DNA from: Candidatus Latescibacterota bacterium
GTDB lineage: Bacteria > Latescibacterota > UBA2968 > SICM01
Assembly: GCA_965217865.1 (NCBI GenBank)
Contig: CBDCJO010000001.1
Location: forward strand, 352,001-416,000
Direction of reading: 5' to 3'
Length of the DNA stretch: 64,000 bases
The first letter of the stretch is position 1; every line of letters starts with the position of its first letter. This document shows, in pieces, positions 61,239 through 64,000 of this stretch. The position numbers and the translations under genes are program-made. The notes beneath the pieces are model-generated. The model searched no databases and was not told where the DNA came from. It saw only the letters and a program-made list of their open reading frames with translations.

Positions 61239-62569
61239 CTATAGTCCATACTCCCTCATCTTCCGCCTCAACGTAGGCCTCGTGATCCCAAGGAGTTCGC
61301 ACGCCCGGCCCCGGTTTCCGCCTGTGACCTGGAGAACCCTTTCGATTTGAACCTGCTCGGCCTCCGCAAGCGTCACGGGTGAAGCTTCTTCCTTATCACT
61401 GCCTATCCGTCCGGTATCAACCGGGGTCGGCAGATCATCGCTCTCCACGATCCCTTCTCCGGCGTTGATTACGGCGCGCGTCAGGACATTATCCAGCTCC
61501 CGGACATTCCCGGGCCAGTTCCTGATCATCAATTTTTGGACAGCCCGATGAGAGATCCCATCGATCCGACGGCCCAATCCGCAGCTGATTCGACGGATGA
61601 GATGGCGGGAGAGGAACGGGATATCCTCCTGGCGATCTCTGAGAGGGGGGAGATGGATCGTGACGACACTCAGACGATAGTAGAGATCCTCCCTGAACCG
61701 TCCTTCCCGTACCATTTCTTCCAGGTCCCTGTTCGTCGCGGTCACGACCCGGACATCGGGTCGCACAGTCTCACGGCCACCCACACGTTCAAACTCTCCT
61801 CGATCGAGCGCCCGGAGCAGTTTGACCTGGAGGGAAAGCGGGGCATCACCGATCTCGTCAAGGAAAAGCGTCCCACCGTCGGCCATCTCGAACCTCCCGC
61901 GACGCCTCTCCACGGCACCGGTAAAAGCTCCTTTTTCGTGGCCGAACAGTTCTGACTCCGCAAGCGTTTCAACCACGGCCGAGCAGTTGATCGGAACGAA
62001 TGGACCCGTTCGGTTCGAATTGAGGTGGATCGCCCTGGCCGCGAGTTCTTTTCCACTGCCGCTCTCTCCCAGAAGAAGGACAGGGGGCGCTTGTAGGAGC
62101 CACCCGCCCGATGGATTTGAACACATCGAGCATCTTCTGGCTCCTTCCGAGAAAGGCATCTTCGTCCGTTTCGAGTCTATCCTGCGGTTCCTCGTATCCC
62201 GAAGACCCCGGACGTCTGATGAAACTTCGCACGGTCCTGATCAGGAACTCCGGACTGATCGGTTTTGTCAGGTAGTCCAACGCCCCTAGCCGCAAGGCTT
62301 CCATCACCGTTCCTGGATGTCGGAAATCCGGTCACCATCAGGACAGGGGCTGTCACCGACCGCTTGTTCAGCTCTCGCAGCACCGACAGCCCCGATCTGT
62401 CCGGAAGGTTTAAGTCCAACAGGATGACCCGGGGGGGAGCCTTGAGAGCGGCTCGGAGTCCCTCCGCTGCGGTCTTCGCCGCCTCCACCTGGAATCCCCC
62501 GTCCTCCAAACAGAAGCCCATGCTCTCCAGGAAATCTACGTTGTCATCGATGACAAGAACCCGGTCCAT
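61239..62569 (-). CDS. NtrC-family sigma-54-dependent response regulator (two frameshifts, ~62310 and ~62085)
   Basis: [41 protein letters not shown] and Fis-type HTH, spread over three ORFs. Confidence 0.88.
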
Positions 62570-63257
62570 TCGAAGCCTCCTGATGAGGTGCCTTAAACGA
62601 TACGGCAACCGTCGTTCCCCTGTCTATCTCGGTTTTCACCCCCACCTTACCATCATAAGCTTCCACCACGGCCTTTACGATGGCCAGGCCCATACCCGTG
62701 CCGTCTGACTTGGACGTAAAATACGGATTGAAAATGCGGGGGATCTCCGAACTCGGAATTCCACATCCGTTATCCTGAACCACGACTTCCACGCAATCGG
62801 AGGAGGAAAACCGGGTGGTAATCGAAAGAAGGCCGCCAGAAGCCATGGCTTGGAGTCCGTTAAGGCAGAGGTTAGTCAGGACGCACCGAATCTGTGATCG
62901 TCCCGGCTCTACTTTCCAAACCCGGGGATCGCAACTCACCCGGACTCGGATACCCTTCGCCTTCGCCTCCTTCCTCATCTCTCTTCCGACCTGCCGAACC
63001 ACGCTGTTCAGGTCCGTGGGTTCCGACGCGATCCGGTTTCGCCGCGTGAGGGATCTCATCTGATCCGTCAGGTCTTCCAGGTAATCGATCTGCCCGATAG
63101 CCAGCTCAACGCGGCGCTTGTCCCGTTCGGTCAATCCTTCGGCACAGGCCAGACCTTCAACGCACAGACGCAAAGAAGATAGGGGCGTACGAACTTCGTG
63201 AACCACGGATGCCGCGAAGGCCTGAATCCCGTTCGAAGAATAGGAAGTAACGAACAT
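62544..63257 (-). CDS. Sensorless histidine kinase (HisKA + HATPase)
   Basis: VHEVRTPL, NLCLNG, DNGCGI, FNPYFTSK..GTGMGL. Confidence 0.85.
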   Translation of the reverse strand: MFVTSYSSNGIQAFAASVVHEVRTPLSSLRLCVEGLACAEGLTERDKRRVELAIGQIDYLEDLTDQMRSLTRRNRIASEPTDLNSVVRQVGREMRKEAKAKGIRVRVSCDPRVWKVEPGRSQIRCVLTNLCLNGLQAMASGGLLSITTRFSSSDCVEVVVQDNGCGIPSSEIPRIFNPYFTSKSDGTGMGLAIVKAVVEAYDGKVGVKTEIDRGTTVAVSFKAPHQEASNGPGSCHR

Positions 63258-63340
63258 TCCAGAACCTCCCCGTGTTGATCAGATTTAGGGGCTCAAGGAC
63301 TCTAACAATCGCTTTCCGAAATCGGATGAATAAATTTCAA

Positions 63341-63356
63341 TGCATCATTCGTGCCA
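63341..63356 (-). promoter_or_regulatory. Possible sigma-54 promoter for the HK/RR pair
   Basis: Minus strand TGGCAC-GAATG-ATGCA (one mismatch at -12). Confidence 0.45.
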
Positions 63357-63701
63357 CTTAAGACCATTTTTTTTCCAATATTCCCTATCCCCTTTTCCTC
63401 CCGTAGAATAAACCGGTTTCAGACTCTGGAATGAATAATAGAACCATCATCCTCGCCGCCAGATTTTTTCGGGCAGGCATTTTGAGGCATCTCAAGAAAA
63501 CCTGATCTTGAAACCCTATGATGCTACAGGATCACCTGCCTTCAAAGGATACAATGTGCCCCTTTTTCTAAGGCAGTGGAACCAAAGGGTCTCGAGACCC
63601 TTCTGATCGCATCCGGGCAAAAAAAAGCCCCGACCGGTTTCGCTGCACAAAACGCGTGCAGGACACGGTCGGAGCCAACGTGAGGATCGATTTTTCAGAA
63701 A

Positions 63702-64000
63702 CTATTGGAATTTGATCGTGTTCAGGATCTCCGAATAGTCGCTCACCGGATAGTAACCCGCAATTCCGTTTCCTTGGATATTATAAGCCACCTCGCGGTT
63801 AATCACGATCGTCACGAAGAAGCGGTCTGCCCGGCTGCCAGTCTGCGCTCGAAAGAACCATTGTTCGCCAGGTTTTCCCCCGATCTGGACCTCCCGGTGA
63901 TCTGTCTCCTGATAGTCCTGTAAGTTTTCAGAGAAATCTTTCATGGCCGCGGCGCCAAGATCCGAAACCGTCGCAGTCTCATTCACGGCAAACGGACCGA
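63702..64000 (-). CDS. Hypothetical protein, PsbP/DUF1795-like C-terminus (partial)
   Basis: IGGKPGEQW..YNIQG..YSEILNTIKF. The frame is open to the window edge. Confidence 0.5.
   Translation of the reverse strand, partial: GPFAVNETATVSDLGAAAMKDFSENLQDYQETDHREVQIGGKPGEQWFFRAQTGSRADRFFVTIVINREVAYNIQGNGIAGYYPVSDYSEILNTIKFQ

Overview
GC-rich bacterial chromosome segment. The gene style suggests an FCB-group/Latescibacterota-like organism, but this is inference only. Housekeeping genes include mdh, an ABC-F ATPase, coaE, gcvT-gcvPA-gcvPB, sodC and dsbD. Accessory genes cover signalling, surface proteins and polysaccharide functions. Main points of interest: (1) a minus-strand cluster exbB-like, exbD-like, ECF sigma factor, a TonB-like protein (SxxxH TM motif, Pro/Glu linker) with a ~240-aa cytoplasmic N-terminus, and a secreted TPR protein, which is a candidate Ton-motor-coupled sigma/anti-sigma system; (2) three copies of a ~250-300 bp non-autonomous element derived from an internally deleted IS200/RAYT-type tnpA, plus several other REP-like families and heptamer microsatellites, some translated inside genes; (3) a complete IS1595-family element (26-bp TIRs, 8-bp TSD) carrying a Panacea/DUF4065 antitoxin and a 2-TM partner; (4) two inverted 1526-bp IS5/IS1182-type copies bounding a 12.9-kb segment that appears inverted, splitting a multi-PAS hybrid kinase and truncating a giant repeat surface protein and an Amt-derived kinase; (5) a 107-bp structured repeat pair beside a tyrosine-recombinase-like remnant. 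Several single-base frameshifts look like long-read indel errors. No rRNA, tRNA or CRISPR array was seen.
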